64,000 nucleotides of DNA from a virus. Both the position numbers and the translations under genes were made by a program. Below the pieces are notes generated by a model. That model saw nothing but the letters and a program-made list of their open reading frames with translations, ran no database searches and had not been told where the DNA came from. Positions 41,943 to 52,528 of the stretch are shown here, one piece after another; position 1 is the stretch's first letter; each line of letters opens with the position of its first letter. Location of the stretch: positions 3,572-67,571 of the IMG/VR virus record IMGVR_UViG_3300027021_000002; one strand, written 5' to 3'.

Positions 41943-44310
41943 AGTATTAAATGGGAAGTGTTGCGAAGAGTGTGCTTGTAGAACGTGTACAAATAACAAG
42001 GTGTATGGGGGAGATTGTACTTACTGTTCTGATACATGTGATAAAACCGGGTATTTACCATTGCCGCAATGTCGGGACTATAATGAGATAGAGGAGGAGA
42101 TAGCATGACGAATCAGTGGAATATAATATTTCAAAAAGAAGGGACTACAGCACAGTTTAGATTTGATGGGACTGTATCCGATTTTCTTTTTAGGCTGTGC
42201 GGATCTCTATTACAAAAGCCGTATGATCCTATGGCACAGTATAACGCTAATGATATTGATGTTATAAAAGAAAAGGTAAGGCAGTTTATTGAAAAATGAA
42301 TTTTAAGTAAAGGAGGAATGATTATGGATGGGTTGCACATAGAAGGATATCTTGACACAGACTATCATGGTTGTCTTGCTGTGAACGGTACGGCTTTATG
42401 GGAAAGGGTCGCTGATTTTGCCGATGAGCATGGCGTATGTGTGGAGCATAACAAAGGGCTTGGTGGGACAAAAGCATTTATTCAGAATGTTAATCTTAGA
42501 ATATATACCACAGAAGATAAGTGTGAATTAGAAGAGGCAGAGGTTGCGTTACTTGCAGAGCTGGACGGTTTCGTAGAAATAGAGACAGAGCTTACAGGAT
42601 ATTCTGAATACACGATAACGGGTCTTAACTTAGAAGAATTCTCAATCGGAGGACATAATCTTGAATCGGAATTATGGAGTAAAATTGGAGATTATATTCA
42701 TTTTGTAATGGAGGTAAAATAGTAACTATGCCCTTTAAAGTAATCAACCCTATAAAATTAACAATCGCAATAGGAATTGCTTTACTTTTGATCCTTAGTG
42801 GTGCTGTATGGAGCGGTATGGCTACCCAGGCTAAGTATAATGATGATTGTGAGATGGTCTACAAGGCTGAGGTCACAACCTATAACGGGCATATGGCGGT
42901 GGCTCACTATGAGGTTCCGGTAATTACAGGAGGAAATTAATAATGAGTGAAATAATAAAGAAATCTATGATTCGGCTCATAACAGCATGTATAGTTGCCG
43001 GGACGCTTATTTTGTTGCGTGATTCTGTTTTATATCTTGTTATTGTTACACTGCTTTCGTATATCACTGGTGTCTGGGTAGCGGAAACAATCTATAACAA
43101 TTGAAATCAAACTTTTAATAAAGGAGGATGTTATGAGCGTAATTTATACGGGATTCAAAGACAAGAATTTGAACGATGTTTATACTGGACATAAGCTGTT
43201 GTGTGACAATGGAATTGTCTATTATGTTGGGGAACAGGCAGACGCTTGTATTGTTACCAGGGGTCAATTGCGATTTTATATTGAGGACGTGAATGATCCC
43301 GATAATTGCCAATGGATGTGTGACATAAACGATACGATCTTGGACGATTGTGTGATTATTAATTGAAATCGAGCTTTTAATAAACGGAAGGAGAGAATAA
43401 TTATGCAGTTCAAAACAATCAAATCGGAAATGGATAATCTTGATATAGCTATAGAAAGATGGGTCGCATTAAAACAGGATATGAAAACGCCAGTAGAAAC
43501 TAAGTTTATTATCGTTCTTGGGACAGAAGTCAAAGACGTTACTTACGTTACGGTGTTGGTTGGTTACGAATATATTAACTAGATGAAATCAAGTATTCAT
43601 GTAAGGAGAGAGTATGTTTAGCTTAGTAGATCTGCCACGGTGCGATAATTATTACGTAATCGAAGATGTTAAAAAGAAACAATATTTGGTGTGTGAAGAT
43701 ATTACGCATGATATGAAAGATGTATTTGGTAGCGATATTGTAAAGATGGCTTTGTGTGTTACGTATTGCATTAATAAAGATGACATAACGGATGATATTA
43801 GTTTAGAAGTTGCCGTTAAAGGCAAACAAATTAGCACTGGTGTAAGTTCTCGTGTGGACAGAGCGGTTGATTACTATACCGAAGCGGTTACATTGAATAT
43901 AGCAGGTAATATGATATTTATACAATTTACAAATAACAATGTAAGCAGAATCGATGCTTCTGGCGTATGTAATTGTTGTAACAAAATTACAATGTATAAC
44001 GCTATGAGTATACCGAAGGCTGGACTATATAAATGAATCAAACTTTTCAATAAAGAAAGGAGACTAATTATGGGAAAGATTATTATTGTAACTGTGGGGA
44101 TTCTTGCTAGTATTGGGTTGTTTCTATGGCTGGGGATAACAGGGTTGGTATCGTTGATTGATTGCATCAAGGAACCGTCAGTAGCAAGTGGAGTATGGGC
44201 GTGGGCAATTGGTCGAATCGCACTTGCGCTCACAATCTCTTGGCTACCGGCATGGATTGCCTCTATTATCGCCATGTGGATTGATTGTGATTAAAGAAAG
44301 GAGACCAATT

Positions 44311-44517
44311 ATGAATAACAATATGAAATTACTACGGGACAAAGAAAATCTTACTGGTACCAAACTGGCGCGGAAAGTGGGCGTCACGCCTTCCATGATC
44401 TATATGGTGGAGAACGGGCAGAAGAACCCCAGCATTATGCTTGGGTATCAGATAGCACAAGCACTGAATAGTAGTGTCGAGGACGTGTTCTTTAATTCTA
44501 AACTATGTCTTAAATAG
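44311..44517 (+). CDS. XRE-family HTH regulator
   Basis: 'LTGTKLARKVGVTPSMIYMVENGQKNPSI...IAQAL'. Confidence 0.85.
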   Translation: MNNNMKLLRDKENLTGTKLARKVGVTPSMIYMVENGQKNPSIMLGYQIAQALNSSVEDVFFNSKLCLK

Positions 44518-45165
44518 ATAAATACATAATTTTATTGAGGTGAATAATGAACGGAGTCGAAAAACTATTTCAGAAACTAAAAGAAGAAAAGTGTATTGAG
44601 TTACTTGTTGATATGTTTAGTGAGGGCGAGTGTCCCTCTCAATATGGCCTACATGATGTGATGTATGTCCAACCAGATGGTAGGCGCGGTTGGTGCGAAA
44701 ACGAGTCCGAAGAGTGTGATGAATGCTGGCGTTCAGCTCTAAAGAAGACAGATTATTGAAAACTATCTTTCAATAAAGGAGGAAGGACAAGTGTTTAAAA
44801 CTGGTATAGCTGGTGGAGATCGAACCATATGGCTACAGAGCAATCGTGTTATAGATGGAAGATATTTAAAATATCAGTTTCGTGTACACGATGGAGTTAT
44901 TGAGATATTAATTCAAGATATTGCTGGTTATCGTCATTGGTTTGAAATGACAAAAGAGAGATGTAAATATTATAAGTTCGGAGTAGACCGAATAAATAAA
45001 ACGTTTGCATTAGAAGAAATAAAAAACTATTTTGGATATGTTGATGATCCTAAAGTTAGAAGTGTGTCGAGTTTTAGTTCGTTAGCTGATATAGTAATTG
45101 ACCCATATAATGCGGTTTATTAAAGGGTTCAAAACTAGACTAAATACATTAATTATGGAGGACAG

Positions 45166-45240
45166 ATGGTAGAAATCATACTACCTATTATATTTGCGAT
45201 TGTTGCTATTACGTGTTTCAACCCAAAGAAAAAGAAGTGA
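45166..45240 (+). CDS. 24-aa hydrophobic peptide with polybasic tail
   Basis: RBS GGAGG; MVEIILPIIFAIVAITCFNPKKKK; not in the ORF track. Confidence 0.55.
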   Translation: MVEIILPIIFAIVAITCFNPKKKK

Positions 45241-45977
45241 TCCGGCCCGTTTTAGGGTAATCCGGCCCAGGTGTAGGCCGGACAGAAAGGTGGAGGGAAA
45301 TTGTATTGTATAGATGATAAAACCGTTGATACGACAGTGTTTTTGACAGTTGATGAGTTCGATCAAGAGGTCAGAAAAGTCATGCGAGAAGAGAAATGTG
45401 ACTATATCCGGGCCGCTATGTTGAGGGCTTGGAGGTATATGGTGTCTATTAAGAGTAGCGTTAGCGATCCCCTTTCTGAAGCACATAAGGTATGTGTCGG
45501 AGCTGCCATATCGAAGTGGAGAGCGGGTGACGCCAAGTGGTACAAAGGTATGAGACAGCTAACAACTCAATTTATGGAATGGGGGTACAGGTATGGATGA
45601 AATGAACGATAAAGATTGGTACACAATGTTGTTGCGCACCATGGAATGCAAGGGGACAGAAGAAGAGAGTGCCGCAGAGTGTATACATATTATGAATTTA
45701 TACGGATGTCCGACAGAGTATAAAGGGAAAATAGCTAGAATCTTGGATGTATATTATTACGTCGATATTGTGATGCAAACTTTAATTAAGGTAAATATAG
45801 AAAACGGAATGGAGCAGGGGATACCATTCGAGAAGGTTTTAAACGAGACATTAGAGGCGACGCGTACCACAAAAGCAGACTATGACGATGTTAAGGAAGC
45901 AATGAAATATATCGTGTTCCCAGATGATATACAAAGTGTGATACGCACAGCGTTGAAATCGTAAATTCATCGAAGGA

Positions 45978-46214
45978 GTGCCAGAATTGATTTACACAGA
46001 TCTAACTCACCTTGTAACAGATGGACCGATAGAGGAACTTCATGAGTTTGCACAGGGTATCGGGCTGAAGCGAGAATGGTTCCAGGATCACGACAGACAT
46101 CCGCATTATGACCTAATTGGATTTAAGAAGGGGTTAGCGGTTAGGGCTGGGGCTGAAGTAATTTCGAGTAAGGAGGTTGTGAGGATATTAAATGGACTTA
46201 GAAAAAGCAATTGA
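45978..46214 (+). CDS. DUF4031-like protein
   Basis: 'HLVTD...ELHEFAQGIGLKREWFQ....PHYDL' pattern. Confidence 0.75.
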   Translation: MPELIYTDLTHLVTDGPIEELHEFAQGIGLKREWFQDHDRHPHYDLIGFKKGLAVRAGAEVISSKEVVRILNGLRKSN

Positions 46215-46617
46215 AATAGCTGTCAAGGCTCATAGTGGACAAGTTGATAAGGGTGGGCAACCGTACATCCTTCATCCCTTGCGTGTTATGATGAAGATGA
46301 ATAATGATAGGGACAGGATTGTCGCGGTGCTGCATGATGTATTGGAAGACACGGATGTGACAATGGCTAGTTTGTCGGATCTAGGCTTCAGCGCAGATAT
46401 TTTAGGTCCACTTGCTATACTAACCAGATGTCCCGGCGAAGATTATATGAAGTATATTGCATGGGTGGCCCAAAATATAACCGCCAAACGAGTGAAACTG
46501 GCAGACTTAGATGATAATATGGATCTCGGGAGGCTGCATATAGTCGAGGATAAGGATTGGGCACGTTGGCAGAAGTATCGGAAAGCCAAGGAGTATTTGG
46601 AGGAAGTAGAGAAATGA
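46192..46617 (+). CDS. HD-domain phosphohydrolase, small alarmone hydrolase (Mesh1/SpoT-HD)-like
   Basis: 'AHSGQVDKGGQPYILHPLRV', 'AVLHDVLED', 'VKLADLDDN'. Confidence 0.85.
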   Translation: MDLEKAIEIAVKAHSGQVDKGGQPYILHPLRVMMKMNNDRDRIVAVLHDVLEDTDVTMASLSDLGFSADILGPLAILTRCPGEDYMKYIAWVAQNITAKRVKLADLDDNMDLGRLHIVEDKDWARWQKYRKAKEYLEEVEK

Positions 46618-47738
46618 AAAGGTATAAGGCATACAAATTTAAGTTACTTCCTAATCAAAAACAGGCCGAATACTTTGATAGAGCATTTGGCGCAGTACGT
46701 TTTGTATTTAATAAAATGCTAGAAGAACGTATAGAAATGGAAGAGTTATATTTTGATGATCCTGAAATATATAGACAACATGAGTTTAAGACTTATACAC
46801 AGATAAAACACGAAAATCCATGGCTTTACGAAATTGATAATCAGGCTTTGGCAAATGCGAAGTTGAATTTAACAAATGCCTATGTACGATTCCGTGACCA
46901 ACCGAATAATGGATATCCAAAATTTAAATCAAAGAAAAGATGTATGTCTTATACAACCAATAACAATACGTTTGGAAAAATCCGTATTGATGGCAAATAT
47001 ATCCAATTACCTAAGATTAAGTGGGTGAAGCTAATTCAACATCGAGAGTTACCAGCAGACGGACGTATTTTTAAATGTACCGTTTCTAAGTCTGCCACTA
47101 ATAAATATTATGTTAGTATATTAATTGAAAGAGATGTTGAGGAAATACAATATAAGGTTGATAAAGAAAAATCAATCGGTCTTGATATGGGATTAAAGAC
47201 TTTCTATACCGATAGCCAAGGCGTGAAGGTTAACAGCCCAATAGACTATTCTTATATAGATCAGAAGCTTTCTCGCGTCAATAGACAAATAAGCAAATGT
47301 GAAGTTGGAAGTAAAAATCGTGATAAGCTTCAATTAAAAGCAAATAAGCTTCATGAGAAGCTTACCAATCAACGCAAAGACTTTTTGCACAAGAAGGCTA
47401 GACAAATCGCAGATGAATATGATGTAGCGTGTATAGAGGGTCTTAGCGTAAAAGAAATGGGCCAACATTATGGATACGGAAAGATGGTTCAGAATAATAG
47501 TTGGGGTGTATTTGTTGAAATTTTGGGACACAAGCTTGAAGAGCGAGGTAAAAAATTAATTAAGGCTGATAAGTATTATCCTTCTTCGCAAACGTGTCAC
47601 AAATGTGGAAGGATTAATAAGGACCTAAAACTTAAAGACCGTATATGGATTTGTCCGTGTGGCGAAACGTTAGACCGCGACATCAACGCTGCAATCAACA
47701 TCCGTAATGAAGGGCTTAGACTACTGGCAACAAGCTAA
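46614..47738 (+). CDS. tnpB: TnpB RNA-guided endonuclease (IS605/IS607 type), solo
   Basis: HTH start 'YKAYKFKLLP'; RuvC 'GLDMG', 'IEGL', zinc finger 'CHKCG...CPCG', 'DRDINAAINI'. True start ATG 46614 overlaps the HD gene stop; no tnpA nearby. Confidence 0.93.
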   Translation: MKRYKAYKFKLLPNQKQAEYFDRAFGAVRFVFNKMLEERIEMEELYFDDPEIYRQHEFKTYTQIKHENPWLYEIDNQALANAKLNLTNAYVRFRDQPNNGYPKFKSKKRCMSYTTNNNTFGKIRIDGKYIQLPKIKWVKLIQHRELPADGRIFKCTVSKSATNKYYVSILIERDVEEIQYKVDKEKSIGLDMGLKTFYTDSQGVKVNSPIDYSYIDQKLSRVNRQISKCEVGSKNRDKLQLKANKLHEKLTNQRKDFLHKKARQIADEYDVACIEGLSVKEMGQHYGYGKMVQNNSWGVFVEILGHKLEERGKKLIKADKYYPSSQTCHKCGRINKDLKLKDRIWICPCGETLDRDINAAINIRNEGLRLLATS

Positions 47739-47744
47739 ATTGAA

Positions 47745-47839
47745 ATATGAACCTAGGGGTACTGGGGGATAGCCTATTGATACTTGGTGATTTGCGCCAT
47801 TGAGTAGGAAGCATGGCAACTTAGTTGCCGGTATGCCAC
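47745..47839 (+). ncRNA. TnpB reRNA/omegaRNA scaffold and right end
   Basis: Typical 'AACC...GGGGATAGCC...GGAAGC-hairpin' layout; terminal hairpin GCATGGCAAC-TTA-GTTGCCGGTATGC ending CCAC; putative guide starts at 47840. Confidence 0.7.
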
Positions 47840-47879
47840 ACCTGAATTTTAAATTTTAATTTTGTGAAAGGAGATTGTA

Positions 47880-48530
47880 ATGGGGTTAGGCCATTGGGAA
47901 AACGGAGAGCTTTATTATCCGTTCCGTTATGAAGACTCGTTAGACGCAACAGATCCAACTAAGGATTGGCGTAAAGATTGGCCTGGATATAAATATGAGG
48001 TTGGCGATAAGGTGTTGCTAGACCAAGACAGCGAGGTGGCAGAAAAAGCTGGTGCTTTGTATATAGATTCAGAACAAGCATTTACGGTAGAAGAAATATA
48101 TCCAGAACGCACCGATGTGAGATTTGGATTTTATATACTAAAAGAGTTGCCGTATTATTTAATTCCAGAACACTCAGATTGGCAAGCAACAAATAAAAGT
48201 AATTGGAGTTTGCTAAGAATACATGAATGGCATAATAGCGCATACGCATTAATTATGCATAGCATGATTTATACGATGTTGTCTACTGCTATTATGGTGT
48301 TAATTGGTGTATTATCGATTGACAAAGACACAACTATATTTATAGTTTTCGGAACACTATTGGTTTCGCATATTATTATTGACAGTCGTATTCCCGTTAA
48401 GAAAATTATGAAGCTAAAAGGTATGACTGAGGCACAAATAAATGATTATCAAAATTATGGGTTTATGCATATTGGTATTGATCATAGATTGCACGAGGCG
48501 GTACTGGTTGGCTTGGCATTCTTTGTTTGA
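47880..48530 (+). CDS. Two-part protein with C-terminal DUF3307-like membrane domain
   Basis: His-rich TM motifs 'HSMIY', 'SHIIID', 'IDHRLH'. Confidence 0.55.
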   Translation: MGLGHWENGELYYPFRYEDSLDATDPTKDWRKDWPGYKYEVGDKVLLDQDSEVAEKAGALYIDSEQAFTVEEIYPERTDVRFGFYILKELPYYLIPEHSDWQATNKSNWSLLRIHEWHNSAYALIMHSMIYTMLSTAIMVLIGVLSIDKDTTIFIVFGTLLVSHIIIDSRIPVKKIMKLKGMTEAQINDYQNYGFMHIGIDHRLHEAVLVGLAFFV

Positions 48531-48572
48531 TGAAATGTGAGTTTCATCGCTCAGTACGCGGAAGGAGGATAT

Positions 48573-49781
48573 ATGAATAGCTGGAACCCCGTGCTCAACC
48601 TATGTGCGGAAATCAAGGATAAATATCTTCAGTGTTTTCCAGAGCCGGATATTGTTAATTTGGAACACTGGCTGAAGGAACTTGATGATGCGGATTATAA
48701 TAGGATATTCGAGCCACTATCAATTACAAGCTTTAAAGAGTTTGCCTTGATCAAATATAATCTCATTGAGGCCACTGAATTATGGGAGAACCCGGACAGT
48801 ATTTATCGGGAATGTCGTAGTGTTGTAATTAATCTGGACAAGATGGAATTGGTACTTACTCCCTTTAAGAAGTTCTTCAATATTAACGAGTTACCGGAAA
48901 ATTCGTTAGAGCAAATAAAGAAAGAAATTAATAATGCTGATTCTGTTGAGATTACAAATAAATTAGACGGGTCAATGCAGAATGCAACTTGGTACGACGG
49001 ACAAATATTTATGGCTGGAAGTATGGCGTTAGATAGGGATAATTCATGGAGGCTTCAAGATGGACACGGACTGCTAATGAGTAATCCTGCATATGTAGGG
49101 ATGATAAAGAGTTATCCTGGAGCAACATTTACATTTGAATTCACTAGTCCACGCAATCAGATTCTCGTAGCATACGAGAAAGACGAATTAACACTCGTGG
49201 GAATAAGAAATATCTTTGACGGATACCAGTGGTCTTACAAAGAGCTTGCCGAGACAGCAGAGGAATTTGGTGTACCACATGTAGACATAGAGAATCGTTC
49301 ATTAGAAGAGATCCTAGCCTTATCTCATGAGTTGAAGTGTTCTGATAAGGAGGGGTGGGTACTTAACATTGATGGGCATATGGTTAAGTTTAAATGTGAT
49401 GACTATGTAAGTCTCCATAAGATTATTGCTAACCATATTTCTCCGAATACCGTGATACACGCCGTTGCTGACGGTACTATAGATGACTTGCTATCTAAGA
49501 TCCCGACAGCTTATCGATATCGTGTACAGAAACTAATTAATAAGCTAGTGGATTATATGCGCGAAGTACGGGGATCTGTTTGTGCATTATACAATGCTGC
49601 CCCTACAGATGACATAAAAACGTTTATGTGCTGGGTTACAGAGAACGTAGAACCTAAGTATGCGGGATATGTGCGAAACGAATATCTCAAAAAAGACTGG
49701 CATCCATTGCGTAAAGGGTCTGGTGGATACAAGAAGTATCATGAGATATTTGGCGAGTACTATACGGATAGAGGAGAATAG
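48573..49781 (+). CDS. RNA ligase, T4 Rnl1 family
   Basis: 'ECRSVV...PFKKFFNINE', motif I 'KLDGS', 'FEF', 'KEGWV', 'VKFK...Y'; ATG 48573 with RBS GGAGG. Confidence 0.9.
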   Translation: MNSWNPVLNLCAEIKDKYLQCFPEPDIVNLEHWLKELDDADYNRIFEPLSITSFKEFALIKYNLIEATELWENPDSIYRECRSVVINLDKMELVLTPFKKFFNINELPENSLEQIKKEINNADSVEITNKLDGSMQNATWYDGQIFMAGSMALDRDNSWRLQDGHGLLMSNPAYVGMIKSYPGATFTFEFTSPRNQILVAYEKDELTLVGIRNIFDGYQWSYKELAETAEEFGVPHVDIENRSLEEILALSHELKCSDKEGWVLNIDGHMVKFKCDDYVSLHKIIANHISPNTVIHAVADGTIDDLLSKIPTAYRYRVQKLINKLVDYMREVRGSVCALYNAAPTDDIKTFMCWVTENVEPKYAGYVRNEYLKKDWHPLRKGSGGYKKYHEIFGEYYTDRGE

Positions 49782-49782
49782 A

Positions 49783-50679
49783 ATGCTAACGCTGTTTATG
49801 ATGGTCGGGCTTGTGGGTAGCGGGAAATCTTCATATGCCGTACAGCTTGCAGAAGAGGAAAGTGCAACTATCATTTCCTCTGACGCGTTACGCGAAGAGT
49901 TGTTGGGTGACATTGAAGATCAGTCTGAGAATGGCAAGATTTTTAATATCTTGCATCAGAGAATTGTTAATACGCTAAAGAGTGGGCAAAGCGTCATTAT
50001 CGACGCGACGAACATTAAAAGGAAAAATAGGGCCGCAATATTTAATGTATTACATAATAATAAAATTGATTGTCTAAAGGTAGCGGTGTTAGTGGCTACG
50101 CCTTACGGTATCTGCGTGAAAAGAAACAACAGTCGTGAACGAGTAGTTCCGGTTCCTGTTATCGATAGACAGCATAGACAATTTGAGATTCCAGAAATAA
50201 GTGAAGGGTTTAATTATGTGATGGTTAAATGGGATGAGTCGTATAAGGATCATAATATTGAGCATCTATTTAATCGCCTTGATATTGAGCAGGACAACCC
50301 ATATCATACTATGACGATTGGAGACCATTGCCTAGCGACACGCGATGCAATTAAGGATGGAAGACTGAAGGTTGCCGCATGGCTACATGATATTGGGAAA
50401 GAAAAGGCTAAGACATTTACAACCAGGAAAGGTGAACCTACGGATATTGCGCACTACTGGAACCATGAGAATATATCAGCTTACGATAGCTTGTTTTACA
50501 TGAAGAATTTGGGCAGTATGAATGACGAGACCATATTATACTTGGCGAGTTTAATTGGGCATCATATGGATATGCATAATAAGAATGAAAAGTTTCAAAA
50601 TGGACTGAGGGATAGGTTAGGGAATAAGATGTATCGGGATCTCAAAGAACTACACTTAGCAGATGTAGCGGCGAAATAG
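49783..50679 (+). CDS. Polynucleotide kinase (P-loop) fused to HD phosphohydrolase
   Basis: 'GLVGSGKS', 'SSDALR', 'IIDATN', 'RN..R.R.VP'; C-terminal 'H...WLHDIGK...H...HHM...D' HD domain; ATG 49783. Confidence 0.9.
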   Translation: MLTLFMMVGLVGSGKSSYAVQLAEEESATIISSDALREELLGDIEDQSENGKIFNILHQRIVNTLKSGQSVIIDATNIKRKNRAAIFNVLHNNKIDCLKVAVLVATPYGICVKRNNSRERVVPVPVIDRQHRQFEIPEISEGFNYVMVKWDESYKDHNIEHLFNRLDIEQDNPYHTMTIGDHCLATRDAIKDGRLKVAAWLHDIGKEKAKTFTTRKGEPTDIAHYWNHENISAYDSLFYMKNLGSMNDETILYLASLIGHHMDMHNKNEKFQNGLRDRLGNKMYRDLKELHLADVAAK

Positions 50680-50687
50680 GAGGATTT

Positions 50688-51944
50688 ATGAAACTAGAAA
50701 ATATAGGATTTTATAGCTTAGAAGATTATCGTGCCGAACACAGTAATATAGGTTCTCCATTATGGAGAAATGAGTTAATTATTACTTCCCGATGCAATTT
50801 TAACTGTCCGTATTGTAGGGGAACGGATATTAATGGTAAGAAGGGCGATATGCCATTTGAAGATATTAAAAGAGTGATTGATTTTTGGGCAAGCGAAAAT
50901 ATTCAAAATATTCGCTTATCTGGCGGCGAACCTACTATACATCCAGATATTGTTGAGATTGTGCGGTATATCAAGGCTACATGTAACGATATGAAACATA
51001 TTGCTATATCAACTAATGGTTTTAATAATATTGAGCTTTATAAAAATTTAATAATTGAAGGAGTAAATGACTATTCCATTTCGCTTGATGCTTGTTGTTC
51101 TTCTATTGGAGATATGATGTCTGGTGGCGTCAAAGGATCATGGACTCAAGTTGTAGAAAACATCAAAGAGTTGTCTAAGCTTACTTATGTGACCGTTGGT
51201 ATGGTTTTTGATAAGCAGAATGCCAGCGATATGCGTGATGCAATATTATTTGCTCATAGTTTAGGTGTTGCTGATATAAGAATCATATCGGCAGCACAGT
51301 GGAATTCTTTTGAAATATTTAAAAATCTCCAGTTACCAGAAGACATATTAGAATGTCATCCGATTCTTAGATACCGTATTAATAATTTTTCTCAAGAGAA
51401 AAACGTTCGCGGCACGAGAGACCATGATGCTAGAAAATGCGGATTACTCATAGATGATATGGTCGTTAAGGGTAATTATCATTATCCGTGTGTGATTAAG
51501 ATGCGGGAGGGGTGTGACCCTATTGGCAAGATCACCGATGGAACAGTACGCAAGGATCGGTATGAATACTTCTTACATCATGATTGTTATAAGGATGACA
51601 TTTGTAAACAGAATTGTTTGGATGTATGCATTGATTACAATAATAAGTTTCTTAGATACAAAATCAAGAATGAATCTATTATCCCTGAAATTGGAGAAGA
51701 CTCTTTCACGTATGATCGCTGGTGTGCCGGTAGTATACATGATTTCGGCATAGAGCACTTTCGGTATGATAATTTAGAGCAGTATAAAGACAAGTTGATG
51801 GATGGTATATGTGGATATTGCTTTGCAGAAAATTTAAGATGTCGTCCAAAGGAAAATCATGTTGCGGTGCTGTATACTAAAGGAATTGATTACATGTGGT
51901 TTCATATAAGAAACAACGAGTTTGTTGAAATATTTTGTGCTTAG
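50688..51944 (+). CDS. Radical SAM protein with Cys-rich auxiliary region and extra C-terminal domain
   Basis: 'CNFNCPYC' CxxxCxxC, 'SGGEP', 'ISTNG', later 'YPC...C...C...NC..C'. Confidence 0.9.
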   Translation: MKLENIGFYSLEDYRAEHSNIGSPLWRNELIITSRCNFNCPYCRGTDINGKKGDMPFEDIKRVIDFWASENIQNIRLSGGEPTIHPDIVEIVRYIKATCNDMKHIAISTNGFNNIELYKNLIIEGVNDYSISLDACCSSIGDMMSGGVKGSWTQVVENIKELSKLTYVTVGMVFDKQNASDMRDAILFAHSLGVADIRIISAAQWNSFEIFKNLQLPEDILECHPILRYRINNFSQEKNVRGTRDHDARKCGLLIDDMVVKGNYHYPCVIKMREGCDPIGKITDGTVRKDRYEYFLHHDCYKDDICKQNCLDVCIDYNNKFLRYKIKNESIIPEIGEDSFTYDRWCAGSIHDFGIEHFRYDNLEQYKDKLMDGICGYCFAENLRCRPKENHVAVLYTKGIDYMWFHIRNNEFVEIFCA

Positions 51945-51968
51945 ATAAAAGAGTGATTTTAAGTAAGG

Positions 51969-52454
51969 GTGATAGTAATGGGAAAATACACAAGGATGGT
52001 GAATATGCGGGGTTATTTTGCAATTGGAATTGAAAATGGGAAAACTGAAGCCAATATTGGTACTCTATGGCGTTCTGCGTATTTGTTTGGGGCAGCTTAT
52101 ATCTTCACAATCGGAAGACGATATAAAAAGCAATGTTCGGATACACAGAAAACGTGGCGACACATCCCACTATTTCACTACGAGAACTTTGAAGATTTCT
52201 ACTCTAATATTCCGTGTAGCTGTAAGCTTATTGGTATTGAGATGGATGATAGAGCAATTCCTATTAAGCAATATGAGCATCCGCAAAGGGCCATATACCT
52301 TCTTGGTGCAGAAGATAATGGACTTACTTCTGAGGCTATGAGAAAGTGCCACGATATGATTGTGTTACCAGGAGAGTTTTCAATGAATGTTGCAACGGCG
52401 GGATCTATTGTAATGTTTGATCGACAGAATAAGGCTATAGATATTAGTGCGTAA
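51969..52454 (+). CDS. SPOUT (SpoU/TrmH/TrmL-type) RNA 2'-O-methyltransferase
   Basis: 'NIGTLWRSA', 'LLGAEDNGL', 'SMNVATAGSIVMFD' trefoil-knot motifs; true start may be a downstream ATG. Confidence 0.9.
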   Translation: MIVMGKYTRMVNMRGYFAIGIENGKTEANIGTLWRSAYLFGAAYIFTIGRRYKKQCSDTQKTWRHIPLFHYENFEDFYSNIPCSCKLIGIEMDDRAIPIKQYEHPQRAIYLLGAEDNGLTSEAMRKCHDMIVLPGEFSMNVATAGSIVMFDRQNKAIDISA

Positions 52455-52528
52455 GATGAAATTAGAAATTCATTAACGAGAATGTGTGAAGACACATCTA
52501 GTTAACAATTTAATAAAGGAGATTAATT

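Noticed and set aside
46557-46613. ORF-track N-terminal extensions (TnpB 46557, Rnl 48537, Pnk 49660, HTH 37765 and 44188)
   Set aside because: Downstream ATGs have proper RBSs and match family N-termini; the extensions overlap upstream genes.
47840-47860. Self-target of the TnpB guide at 13344 (ACCTGAAAATTAAACTTAA)
   Set aside because: Only a 7-nt exact match in AT-rich DNA; expected by chance.
50688-51944. Radical SAM as a viperin homolog
   Set aside because: Lacks the viperin-type N-x-H...CNY.C.FCF context; kept as an unassigned radical SAM.
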